A DNA stretch of 64,000 bases from Eledone cirrhosa (lineage: Eukaryota): contig OZ024743.1 in NCBI GenBank assembly GCA_964016885.1, positions 54,808,001-54,872,000 on the forward strand. The letters run 5' to 3'. Positions 1 to 12,988 of this stretch are shown here, in pieces (position 1 is the first letter of the stretch; every line of letters begins with the position of its first letter). Made by a program: the position numbers and the translations under genes. The notes beneath the pieces are model-generated. The model did no database searches. It saw nothing but the letters and a program-made list of their open reading frames with translations, and was not told the DNA's origin.

Positions 1-449
1 ATATATATATATATATATATATATAAACATTTATATTTGTTGAATTACCAACAAATTAAATATCCCATTTGCTTATATATAATATATATATAGTGTAATA
101 AATGAACAGAGAACAAAAAACAGAGGCAGTACAAATGATATTGTTTTTAGTTTCACGCTTGAGAGTGGAGGGTGGGGGACGACGTTTTGGGCATAAGCCC
201 TTCACCAGGAGAACGGTGGGTAGGAGGAGAGCTCCGAGGGTGTGTGGGGGAGTGGTGCACAGACATTTTTTTAAAAAAAGGGGTGAGAGAAAAGGGAAGG
301 AAAACAATTTTTTTAGAGAGTAAAGAAATGTTTTTAAAGTACAAATAAAAATAAAAATAAAAATAAAAATAAAAATAAAAATAAAAATAAAAATAAAAAT
401 AAAAAATATTTATACATATATATTCTACTTCACCCACTTATTTCTGAGA

Positions 450-700
450 GGAATGGTTTTGGTTTTGCCTGTAAATCTTGTCCAGCGATTTTTCTGAGAC
501 ATTCTAACCACATGCCTATAGTATCGGAGCTGTGATCTCTCAATTCAGAAAAGTAGCGGCTCTACCTGGAGTGATTCTCATATCTCAGAGCTACACACTC
601 TATGGAGTAATGTTACTCTAAAGGCTCCTAGGAGGAACCCCAATTTGGCCGTTTGCATTCTAGATCGTATTCTTTCGGTCATTACCCAAGTCTCAGGACC
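450..700 (-). pseudogene. RTE-clade LINE C-terminal fragment
   Basis: Reverse complement matches 54470-54700, whose translation (LLLFRIQRSHLRYNGHMVRM...) resembles the RTE/Expander-Rex3 C-terminus. Confidence 0.65.
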
Positions 701-920
701 AGTCGTGGACTGGGTAAAAAATTATTGGTTGCCAGGAGATGAAGGGGGCCTACCTACATCTAGAATGCTCTCAATTTAATTTTTATAATGAATACATAAC
801 ATTTTCAAAAAATACATAAGTGCAAACAAAAGAGTGCAATCATATTTTTGCAGAAAAATATCCTACATTCTCCAATAAAAAATATTATGTATTTTGCGAA
901 ATCCAGAGACTTTTAATAAT

Positions 921-1111
921 TATTTCTACTTTTGGCACAAGGCCAGCAATTATCCCAGTGCAGTACTGGTACTTTATTTCATCGACCCCGTAAGGATGAA
1001 AGGCAAAGTTAACCTCGGCGGGATTTGAACTCAGACCATAAAGGGCGTTAACTCTTTGCTGCAAAGCATGGCGTCCGACCCTCTACTGATACTGCCAATC
1101 AACCGCCATTG
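921..1111 (-). mobile_element. Full-length tRNA-derived SINE with 16-bp TSD
   Basis: A-box-like TGGCAGTATCAGTAG, B box GAGTTCAAATCCC, central GCCTTTCATCCTTACGGGGTCGAT (Meta-domain-like). TSD AGAGACTTTTAATAAT at 905-920 and 1112-1127. Confidence 0.85.
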
Positions 1112-1127
1112 AGAGACTTTTAATAAT

Positions 1128-1567
1128 GACCAGAGGTTGACCCTAAATATTACTAATAACTCTAGGAAAACCATGAACGATACAACACCTTTTTAACTTA
1201 TCTTGAAAGTAGGTTTATAATTATCAATTTTCATCATACCTTTGTAACTGTCTCAGTGGCCTAGTTGGAGGAATCATAGACAGTGGTGGTCTTGGTCTAA
1301 AGTTCGATCCTAGTCCGGAGTAAGCTCCTCGGTAAACAGTTTCAGTTCTTTTTCTATTGGTTGTAAAATAAAAACTGAAAAAGTAACTCTTGACCAGGAT
1401 TGAACCGAAGGGCAAGATCTCCACCGTCTCTAGTACCTACCCCACAGAGACAACTACGGAATTTTATGAAAATTCATACTTATAAACCTACTTTCAAAAT
1501 GTTGTGGTGTCGCTCATGTCTTTCTTAATGTTATTGCTTCTACTTAAGGTCGACTTCTAAATCATTT
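1128..1567. repeat. Degenerate foldback/MITE-like inverted repeat
   Basis: TTGAAAGTAGGTTTATAA (~1203-1220) is the reverse complement of TTATAAACCTACTTTCAA (~1480-1498); weaker complementarity extends outward. Confidence 0.45.
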
Positions 1568-1797
1568 GGGTGTTCCATAATCTACATTCTCGTTTTGTTT
1601 CATATCTATCTATACTACAATTTAACCTGTAATCCATGTTTCATTTCTGTTCCACCTCACTCCCCCCGCCCCCTTCTCTCTATGATATTTGAATCTACTA
1701 TGATTTGGGCTTACTTTATTCATATATATTTTTTTTTTCATGTCAGATTCAAACTTACAACGATTGGCAATATATATATATATATATATACATATAT

Positions 1798-1973
1798 TTC
1801 GTTTCTGAATTTGTTTAGCAAGATTCTTTATCTGAAAACGTGTGTTGAAACCGATATTGTTATACTTTGGCAGGGTCAGGTTGCCAATAAAAAACACACG
1901 CACCAGTTGCTTTCAATCCAATTTATTATAAATTAAATTATAAATTTAAAAAATTTATATATTTCCGGTTGGT
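1798..1973 (-). mobile_element. PLE pseudo-LTR tail fragment
   Basis: Similar to 50772-50895 and 55697-55820; the 50772 copy is attached to a hammerhead and a GIY-YIG remnant. Confidence 0.6.
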
Positions 1974-2381
<408 letters not shown>

Positions 2382-2559
2382 AATACTATTTATAGTTATG
2401 TATATGCTATAGACAACTATAAACAGGAAAGGTCAGTAATTTTCTACTACCTTATTACCAGTAAGAGAAATAGCTCAATGTAAGAACATCAGTTGTTTTA
2501 CAGAGCAGGAAAATAAATAAATTAGACAATTATCAAAGTTGTGTTCAAATCATTTAATA

Positions 2560-2604
2560 GCTGACAATCGTTTCTTCCAAACTCACGTTTGGAGTCATCG
2601 GAGC
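2560..2604 (-). ncRNA. Type I hammerhead ribozyme (U4>C) in a PLE remnant spanning ~2515-3540
   Basis: gct-CCGATGA-c-tccaaac gtga gtttgga-a-GAAAC gatt GTC-agc. An inverted copy of the downstream tail at ~3490-3540 starts in helix III. Confidence 0.7.
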
Positions 2605-3535
2605 ATCATCAATGTTTGCACATATAATTAACCTCCTATTCAACTGAACAATAATATAGATACATATATATTGATGTTGCGAGCAACAGTTTCATATTTA
2701 CAGGGTGGAATGGATGTGACATATATTTTACGAGAATTGTACAATAATTGTACAAAAATTTAAATTCAAATTCAAATTAAAATCAAAAGCACGGAGTGGA
2801 ATACATGCAACAGATAAAACAATCATTAAAGAGGCATTGAGAAAGTACATTAACAATACATATGCAGGCGTGTGAAGAGTGCAACTGCGTCAGTCATATA
2901 CATGAGAAGGAAACAAGCAAAGTTATTATGCATATATAGATGAATAAATACTGCACTTTAAGCAAATATGTTAATGTATTAGAATCTATGGTGGATGCTG
3001 TATGTTGATAGTGTTCCAATTTGTGTGTGTTGAGAAACATACAGTTTTTGCAGACTTTTCCATTACATATGTTGAATTAAATTTTAGTTAATGTTTATAT
3101 TGAATGTTTTAAGTTAGTTAGAGCAATGGATTGTAAATTAGTCTTAATGTATTCATATTCATAGACTATATTTGATCAACCGTTAAATTTTCCAATCGTT
3201 AATTTCCGGAAGTGAATAAGGGGAGCTAATGCGTAAGGGGAGGTAACTAGCTAATTAAGTTCAATTCAGTTATTAAAATTTGTTTATATATCTATTTTGA
3301 CATATTAACAGCTATACAATTCTTCATAACATATACCTTGTCCAGTAATGAATAGATAGCAATCTAAAGAGACCTTTAATGTATGATAGTAAAATACACT
3401 GTATTTCAAATCAGGTATAAATATACAGCATTATGTAATAGAGATTCAATGGTATCACATTATAATGTGTATTAGAGCAAAGAATTTTAATTGTCAGCTA
3501 TTAAATGATTTGAACACAACTTTGATAATGGTCTA

Positions 3536-3586
<51 letters not shown>

Positions 3587-4183
3587 GTGTGAGTGAGTGT
3601 GTGTGTGTATGTAAAAGTTAAACAGAAATAACAACACAATCGGTACAGTATATGGAAGGTATATATTAGGTTAACGCTTGATATAGCAGGAAGAGGGTCT
3701 TAACGTTTCGGACGCTAATCCTTCATCAAGAATATATCTCTTGGCAATGCTCCCACAATTTCTTGATGACGTGTCGCTGCGTGAGTATTTTGTTGGGGCG
3801 CATTGTTCAACAGCTAGCTTGGCCTCGATAATCTTTCTATAATTTTATTCTATATTTCGACTGCGTAATGTAAAATTTAATATATATTAAAGACCTCTAG
3901 AGACATTAATAATATGCATATTAGTACATTTTTTCGTGATTATTACGAAATTCACAATGCTTTATAATGTCACTAATTACATATTTCATTGAGATTGCTT
4001 TCATGTACATAATCTCTGACGAGATAACTTCAATTATCGTCAGAAATCAATTTAAAATAATATGGTATGTTTATGTCTATATATCCAACATGTACACATT
4101 TAAGTAGTCTCTGTTAAATTCTTTACTATGTATGTACAGATATGAATTTATCGTACACTTTAATCGCTTAGTGCACAATTTAA

Positions 4184-4218
<35 letters not shown>

Positions 4219-4786
4219 AGGGAGAATGTACCTGTATGTAGCAATGCCTCTAATTTCCAGTGTTCATGCGTTATATTTTGTTCTCTGTATCTCATTTATT
4301 GCTTAAGATTAATTAGAATTAAGATTAATAAGAATTTGTTCATATTTACTGAGCCCTCTACTAATAATATGCTTTGCACGAATTTTCATTATACTTGCAA
4401 GATATTGTGACTAAAATTATACATACACACACACATAATTACACATACACACGTATATATGTTTATATATATAGAGAGAGAATCGCGACTGCTCATATAT
4501 ACGCGATACTTTCTGAGTCACGAAACTACAGAAGTATCAGAAATACATTGTCCACCACCTGCTTATGACTTCAAAAGGATTCGTTGGCGAGTGAGTCAGA
4601 TGTCAGATCGGTCGTCAACAAACGGAAAACTTAGAAAAGAAAACTAGCAGTGGAAACGGCAAGAGCTTAGCCGTCGGGTCCCGACTCTTTATAATATAAC
4701 GATATTCTATTACTCCAAGTATCGAATACTTTGTTGTGTAATGGTCTAACCAGTTTAAAACTGATTCCAACCTTATATATAGAGAG

Positions 4787-4848
<62 letters not shown>

Positions 4849-4976
4849 GTGTATCCCGGGTTCAATCGGTGGTAACTACAGTAAGTAAGGTACTCAATAC
4901 ATGCAGAGTATAAATATTTGATATAGAAATGGCTTCTACAGGACTAGAACTGCTTAATTCGAAAGAAATCATCAGA

Positions 4977-5025
4977 AAGCTCTGATGATTTCCTTCGAAT
5001 GAAACAGTTCTCGTCCTGTAGAAGT
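4977..5025 (+). ncRNA. Type I hammerhead in palindromic insert 4853-5036
   Basis: CTGATGA t ttc cttc gaa t GAAACAG ttctcgtc CTGTA gaag. A mirror copy with mutated GAAA lies on the minus strand at ~4931-4980. Relatives at 37573-37755 and 55110-55235. Confidence 0.7.
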
Positions 5026-5062
5026 CATTTCTATATGTGATATATATATATATATATATATG

Positions 5063-5146
<84 letters not shown>

Positions 5147-5541
5147 AAATGTGTGTAATCCTTGGTACAGTTAGGTATATTAAGACAGAGGGGAAGAAAA
5201 AAATGGCTTCACTTGTGCTTTCAACAAATTTATTTTCTTCACAAAATCCAAAAAGAATTTATTTCCGGATTAAAAAAAAAAAAAAAAAAATTTGTTTTTC
5301 TTTAAATTGAGTCGTTGGTTAAACCACTACTGAACACGAAAAAATGAATTAACACTCGGAGGTAAAATTCCATTTCACTAACCGCCCCCCCCCCCTCTTC
5401 TTATGTGTACACATGAATATATGTATGTATATGTATATATATATATATATGTATGTATATGTATGTATATGTATGTGTATGTATGTATGTGTGTATGTAT
5501 GTGTTTGTATGTGTATGTGTATGTGTGTATATATATATATA

Positions 5542-6030
5542 TACGGCCTCGATATGAATACCCCCTCCGCCTCCGTAGTATTTTCTTCGTGGTTATAAGA
5601 GGCTTAGCTCTGTTTCTCGACCGTTATATCGCGTGACTATCTCCCCCTCCGCCTTTTGGGATTCTTTCTCACGTCGTGTAGACGCGTTCTTGAGACTAGT
5701 AAAATGAGGTATCCTCTTGATAAGTTGGCAGACCTCGCAAGGACTCTATATCTTTGATATATTGTTTTTGTTTATGCCACGAAACTACGTAGTCGAGGAA
5801 TTTAGGAGCAGTTTAGATATGATACATTTTATTACTAATTATATCTAAATGTTTCTTCTCTCTTCATAATGTATTTTTAACTCTGATACTGGTTCAGTCT
5901 GGTTCAAACTGAATTGGTCTGTCCCAGTCATTCATTGAGCAACATCGGTGAAGTTGGCACCCTTAACTCACAGTTGGGTGCGGATGCATTCATGTATATA
6001 TGTGTGTGTCCGCATGTATCTGTGTGTTTC

Positions 6031-6035
<5 letters not shown>
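5542..6035 (+). mobile_element. Retrozyme-like family A, partial monomer
   Basis: Near-identical to 20394-21137 and 41604-42327; flanked by (TA)n; no credible ORF. Confidence 0.8.
5713..5798 (+). ncRNA. Type I hammerhead, U3-A8 core variant (family A)
   Basis: cctc-TTGATAA-gt(t)ggca...tgccac-GAAAC tacgta GTC-gagg. Predicted cleavage after 5794. Confidence 0.8.
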
Positions 6036-6084
<49 letters not shown>

Positions 6085-6143
6085 TATATATAAATATATA
6101 TATATGTGTATATATATGTATATGTGTGTATGTGTCTGTATGT

Positions 6144-6207
<64 letters not shown>

Positions 6208-6210
6208 ATG

Positions 6211-6257
<47 letters not shown>

Positions 6258-6310
6258 ATGTGTGTGTGTGTATGCATGTATGTGTGAACGGATGTATATA
6301 TACGGACATA

Positions 6311-6343
<33 letters not shown>

Positions 6344-7224
6344 ACACGTGTGTGTGTGTGTGTGTATGTGTGTGTGTATGTGTATATATGTATATTTAGT
6401 TATGTATCTTTATGTGTGTATATATATGTATATGTATGTATATATATATATATATATATACCCATGTGGAGGTATGAGTACGTATTCGTGTGTGTACGTA
6501 TGTGTATATGTGTTTTTATATGTATCTTTATATGTTTTTATGTATGTATGTGGATGTATATGTACATGGGTGTGTGATTGATGGTGTATGCCTATATATT
6601 CCTACATATGCCCGTGTGTGTATGTACGTGTATACGCACATATGTGTGTGTTGAACAAAGGACTAATTTTGGGATGGACGTAGAAAAATTCTTCAGAAAA
6701 AAATAATTGTTTACAAGCTTGGCAGGTGCGGTTTGCCTATGACTATTTTCGATACAAAGGAATACTAAAAGCTTTTTCCCCTGAATAAAGGAATTTTTCG
6801 AGAATGACCGGGGCAGGCCGCGCTTGCTATATTTCTCCCCACCCAACCCTACTCACTGTCTCAACTCATTACTGCTATTAACATTTTTTCAACACACCTA
6901 CACCCCTACACTTATTAAAGGGGGAGAAAAAACCCCCACCGTACCACAAACATGTTAAAACCTTATATATAGAACAACACACCACATACACATCAGTTTG
7001 ACATACGCACCTCAGCGTGAAAGGTCTTTCTAAAAACGAAACAATACCTCCTACGTTAACCAAGAACTCCTAAGACCTAACCAATAACCAACGACTCAAT
7101 TTATTAAAAAAAAATTTTTATTTTTTTATTTTTTCTAATCCGGAAAAAAATTCTTTTTGGATTTTGTGAAGAAAATAAATTTGTTAAAAGCACAAGTGAA
7201 GCCATTTTTTTCTTCCCCCCTGTC

Positions 7225-7322
<98 letters not shown>

Positions 7323-7829
7323 CAAGTCATATTTTAACACTTACGTCCATACATACATAAGCAAATAACACCAGTGTAGGTATGAAATTAAAAAAAAACA
7401 CATACTGATACATTTATGCAGTCATATCCATATCTGCATGCAGATATACATAATTGTCTTGTCAATGACTAATCCAATGAAAGAGCCTTGTGTGTGTGTG
7501 TGTGAGAGAGAGATAGAGAGGGGGAGGGAGAGAGAGAGGGAGAGTGTGTGAGTCTGGTTTCCAAAAAGCAACAGTTTCCTACCCCACAGCTTATTTCGGC
7601 TTCCACAATTATTCCACCCCTCACTTATTCGAATCCCACTATTATTTGGGACCAGAGAGTACTTCTAATGACTAGACTAAACCTGACTTGACCAGATCAA
7701 ACGCAGTAACGATCAACAGATGAGAATTTAAATGCAGCTTGTTAGCTTGGATAATGAAAATGTTAGCCATAGTCTTATATTTTGGTGGAGTCGGTTTGTG
7801 TCCAAAAAGGTCATTACATGGCAATCCAT

Positions 7830-7970
7830 GAGATTTAGCTAAAGACTAGCAATAGAAAAGAGTGTAGAGATTGGCCCTCGATCAAATCTTCAATGAGGAA
7901 CAGGAAATCTGCATTATCAGAACCAAGGCACGTGCTCTGAGACACGAAAGGACGAAAGCCGTCAAATGGT
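7830..7970 (+). pseudogene. Short Tx1 ORF2 remnant
   Basis: CGTGCTCTGAGACACGAAAGGACGAAAGCCGTCAAATGG matches ~28110-28148. Confidence 0.6.
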
Positions 7971-8919
7971 GCTTTTCCTCTTTCCGGGGTTGTTAACATA
8001 AAGTACCAGCTTAGTGTCGATTAAATCGATCCCCCCCCCCCCCCCTCACCTAATATTGCTAACATTGTACCTTACGGGGTCGATAAAATAAAGTACCAGT
8101 AATGCACTGGGTAATTGCTGGCCTTGTGCCTAAAGTAGAAACAATTATTACGTCCACAACCACAAACTGCATCACTCTAATCAGAAGTACAACCAACGCC
8201 ATCATCACCCCACTACTTCCAACGAGAGAGTCTTCGCGCAGTTGCTCCACCTGCTACAAATAGCAGTTAAATCTGAAATCGTCTGAAGAAAATGAAGGAC
8301 ATATTAGAAATGATGTTATTGTGACTGGATGATGATGAAATTAGTGTAGGTTTTTCGATGTGTTGAAAGGGTTTAAACATCAACAGCACCAGCATAAACC
8401 CCCCAAACAACACCCGATATCTCTACTATCATGTCTATCAACACACCACCACACAACAACAAAACTCAAAACATCAGCTCCATAACCATCATCATCATCA
8501 ACATCACAATCCTTACAGTCTACCTCACCATCCTCACGTTCATCACCGTCATCCTCACCATTATAACAAATATTTTCATCATCAGCATCATCATCACCAC
8601 AGTCATCGGCATCATCATTAACACTTTTATCCTCGTCATCGTCACTTGGCTGTCTATTAATAAGTATTCTGGTCGCCATTTTCCTTCCCCACGATTCCTC
8701 CTTTCCTCACAATACCGTTATGAATATACCCCGCTAAAGTCTTTTTCCGTTGTTTCCCTTTATTTCTCACCCCACCCCACACACACACACAAAACTCACA
8801 CACCTATCTCCCTTCCTCACCCTTCTCCTCATCCACTATTTTTTGTCCTCCCCCATCAGCTTCTCCTCCTCATACTTACATAAACTATGCATTTCTCTCC
8901 CTCAATCCTTCCTCGCCAT

Positions 8920-8958
<39 letters not shown>

Positions 8959-9303
8959 CTTTCTCCTCATTCTCTACCTCTATCTCCCCCTCATCCTCTT
9001 CTACCTCTTTCTTCCTCTCCCTCTCTACTACTCTCTCCCCTGGCTCCTATACCTCTTTCTCCTCATCTCTACAAAGACTATCCATTTATATACCCTATAA
9101 TCGATCTTCTTAACGATTTGGTAAAGCTCAGTGTAGACGTGTGTGCTTGTGAGCGTGTGTAAGTGTGTAAGTGTGCCTGTGTTCAGGCCCAAGCGTGTGT
9201 TTACGTGTGAGGGAGGAATTTACCTAACGCATGTGTGTGACTATTTATGTGGAGGTGTGCTTACGGATTTCAGTTTCTATCTTATTAAATGAGTGTATGT
9301 ATG

Positions 9304-9388
<85 letters not shown>

Positions 9389-9478
9389 ATGCATCTATGT
9401 ATATATATATATATACATGATATGTATATATATATATATATATATACATGTATATGTATGTATATCCATATATATATA

Positions 9479-9541
<63 letters not shown>

Positions 9542-10096
9542 AGAGAGAGAGAGAGATTTTCCGTGTGTGTGTGTGTTTATATTATATATATATACATACA
9601 TACATACATACTTACATATATATATATATATAAAGGTTCACGCTTGTTTGTGTCTATAGATATACAGGGAGTGTGGCAATAGGTGAGGGCGCGTGTGTAT
9701 TTGTCAGTGTGTGTAAAGAGACGCTGTTTCACTATCGCCAATGATTGCCTATAAAGTATTACCAGGGAAAAATAAAAATAAAGTCAAGAACAAATACAAA
9801 ACCGAAACCAATATGAAGAGAAGGGAAGGGAGAATGTCGTGCAGATATGATAGATTAGTTAGGCCTTAGTAGAGAAGAGAGGAACAATTTGATAGTGTGT
9901 AATGTCAGAGAGAGATAGAGGTGGGGATATGTATATACACACGTATATATATATATATACACACATACATACATATATATATATATATATATGTGTGTAT
10001 ATATATACATATATATATATATATATGTGTGTGTGTGTATATATATATATGTATGTTTGTATATCTATATATATTTATGTATGTAATGTATGTATG

Positions 10097-10190
<94 letters not shown>

Positions 10191-10229
10191 CATAGATACA
10201 TAAATACATATATATGTATGTATGTAATG

Positions 10230-10278
<49 letters not shown>

Positions 10279-10365
10279 ACGTACGGTCGACTCTAGCTAA
10301 AGCAATATTGCTTCTAAACCTATATACAACGTGACAACATATACATAAATATATACATATGCATA

Positions 10366-10440
<75 letters not shown>

Positions 10441-10763
10441 GAATGCTTATATATAACATTGTTATAGTCTTCTAAACATATGCACAAGGCGACAGCTACC
10501 TACCAACATCAATCTTTTGCATATATTTTCCATAATATTATGTTTATCGACTTAAAAACATCTTAATGTTCTCCTGCCGTGTTTCACTCTATGTTTCAAT
10601 AACAATTGTTATGACTAGCGATACTGGAGCTGAGCAGAGGGCAAGACCGGGTTGTGGCCCATACATCTTTTCAAATTTCTCATTATTATCGGACATGATG
10701 GTGATGTGTATGCGTGTCTTGTGTGTGTTAAGCCGCGTGAAAGTATGTTTTACACACACACAC

Positions 10764-11001
<238 letters not shown>

Positions 11002-11036
11002 TATGTATATTATGTTTTATTATTATAATTGCATAT

Positions 11037-11252
11037 GGTGCGGTGGATTGGCAGTATCGGTAGAGGGTCTGAAGCCATCCTTTGCAGCATAGAGTTACGG
11101 CCCTTTATGATCTGAGTTCAAATCCCGCTGAGGGTAACTTTGCCTTTCATTATTCAGGGGTCGATTAAATAAAATACCAGTCACGCATTGGGGTCAATTT
11201 AATCGACTCCCCGCCCGCCAATATTGCTGGCCTTGTGCGTATATAAGAAACA
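11037..11252 (+). mobile_element. Full-length tRNA-derived SINE
   Basis: Same family as 921-1111; TSD ATTATTATAATTG(C/T)ATAT. Further copies or fragments at ~8070-8145, 11474-11580, 19240-19350, 51434-51485, 52487-52643 and 52777-52910. Confidence 0.85.
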
Positions 11253-12437
11253 ATTATTATAATTGTATATATATATACGTTTTGGCAGTGTCTTATTCTT
11301 AATGATGGTGCAGTAATAATTAAAGAGTTTATATCTAGTTGTATGATTTTGTCGGTGTTCTTTTTTGGGGTCTTAGAGTATAAAGTTTTATACAACCAAA
11401 TCCACAAACCATACTGGTTAAAATTACACATTAATATACGGCACGTAAAACACATACCCAACACCATAAACAACCGTAAGGATGAAAGGCAAAGCTAACC
11501 TCGGCGGGATTTGAACTCGGAACATAAAAGGCCATAACTCTATGCTGCAAAGCATGGCGTCCGACCTTCTACCAATACTGATTTCTGTAGATAAACGCAT
11601 ACATAATGATAAATAATCTGATACCCGTGACTAGACACCACTTTTTACAGCCATTTCCTTGCAATAGCTAACGAAATAACACATACAGCCAAATGTATAA
11701 AACTTACATGAAATGGCCATAATGAAATAAGAACTCATTCCGTCTGAAGTACGTATTCTTCCTAGATAAATGTGTTTTTTGTGTGTGAACAAAATACTGT
11801 CTTCTCAGAAGATATATGGCATTTTCTCTTTCTCTATATAGACATATATCTATAAATTTGAATAATTGATTATCTGGACAAATGTGCATTGATCTTTTCG
11901 TCTGAGAAGCACAAATATCATACATAATTGATATGTTTTGATATTTTAAATTTGTATATAACAGCTCCAAATTCTTTATTTGTTGAGCAGCTGTGACTAA
12001 TATTTCGCACCTCTTTCTAAATGACGTCCAGTTTTGTTTGTATCTGTAGCCTTGGGTGCCACGCTGCATTGCGTGTTGGGATAGCCCTGGAACCCTGGCA
12101 GATATAGACAGGTATTTTGTACTATATATTTTATTGCAACTATATTTAATTGACGTAATATCTCTGATTGATTGATTCGCGTCTCCCATAACTTGACCAA
12201 AATTGATTTTCAGCGATCGATGATCGATTGCTTAGATAGAGTCTAAGTTATGGTTCTCCTTGAATCATGAACTGACCATAAGAAAATAGGAATTTTTTCC
12301 ATCTGAAGTCCGTATTCGTCCTAGATATATGTGTTTTTCATGTGTGTACAAAATACTGTGTTCTCAGAAGATATATGGCATTTCTATACATATATCTATA
12401 TTATATATATATATACACACAAACACACACACACATA

Positions 12438-12505
<68 letters not shown>

Positions 12506-12988
12506 CATACACATACACACACATACATGATGGCTGCCCCCTCGTTATCGAGTATGGCCATTGCACGAGGAGATTAAAAAAAAAAAATTAATAAATAAAT
12601 AAAAAATAAAATAAAAATAAAAAAAGAAATATATATATATATATATATATACATATACACACATACACAAACATATATACACACACACACATATACACAC
12701 ACATATACATTAATAACAATAATAATAATGATTTCATTTATTGGCCACAAGGGCCGACATATAGGGGACAACACAATAGACAGGGACAGTGGGGGTTTAC
12801 ATAGAGATCGAGTAAGTATAAATAACAAAAAAACAAAAACAAAATAACAATAAAAATACAACAATGAAAGTTCCCCAATAAGAGGGATCACCACCCAGGG
12901 TTGACTCAAGCACCCCACCAGTCCTGAGCCACCCGACGCTCCTAGGGCACCCGGGAAGGGCACACCTCTCCTTCTCGAATTCACCAGC

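Noticed and set aside
3698-3731. Minimal hammerhead-like TTGATGAAGGA...TCCGAAACGTTA on the minus strand
   Set aside because: Core and helix I registers are inconsistent; probably a decayed PLE hammerhead, so not called.
5889-5912. Pol III A/B-box-like TGGTTCAGTCTGGTTCAAAC in family A
   Set aside because: The boxes overlap instead of being 30-60 nt apart; better explained as a short duplication or hairpin.
8380-8883. Asp-rich (minus) and Ile-rich transmembrane-like (plus) ORFs
   Set aside because: Degenerate (CAT)n repeat with no domain motifs.
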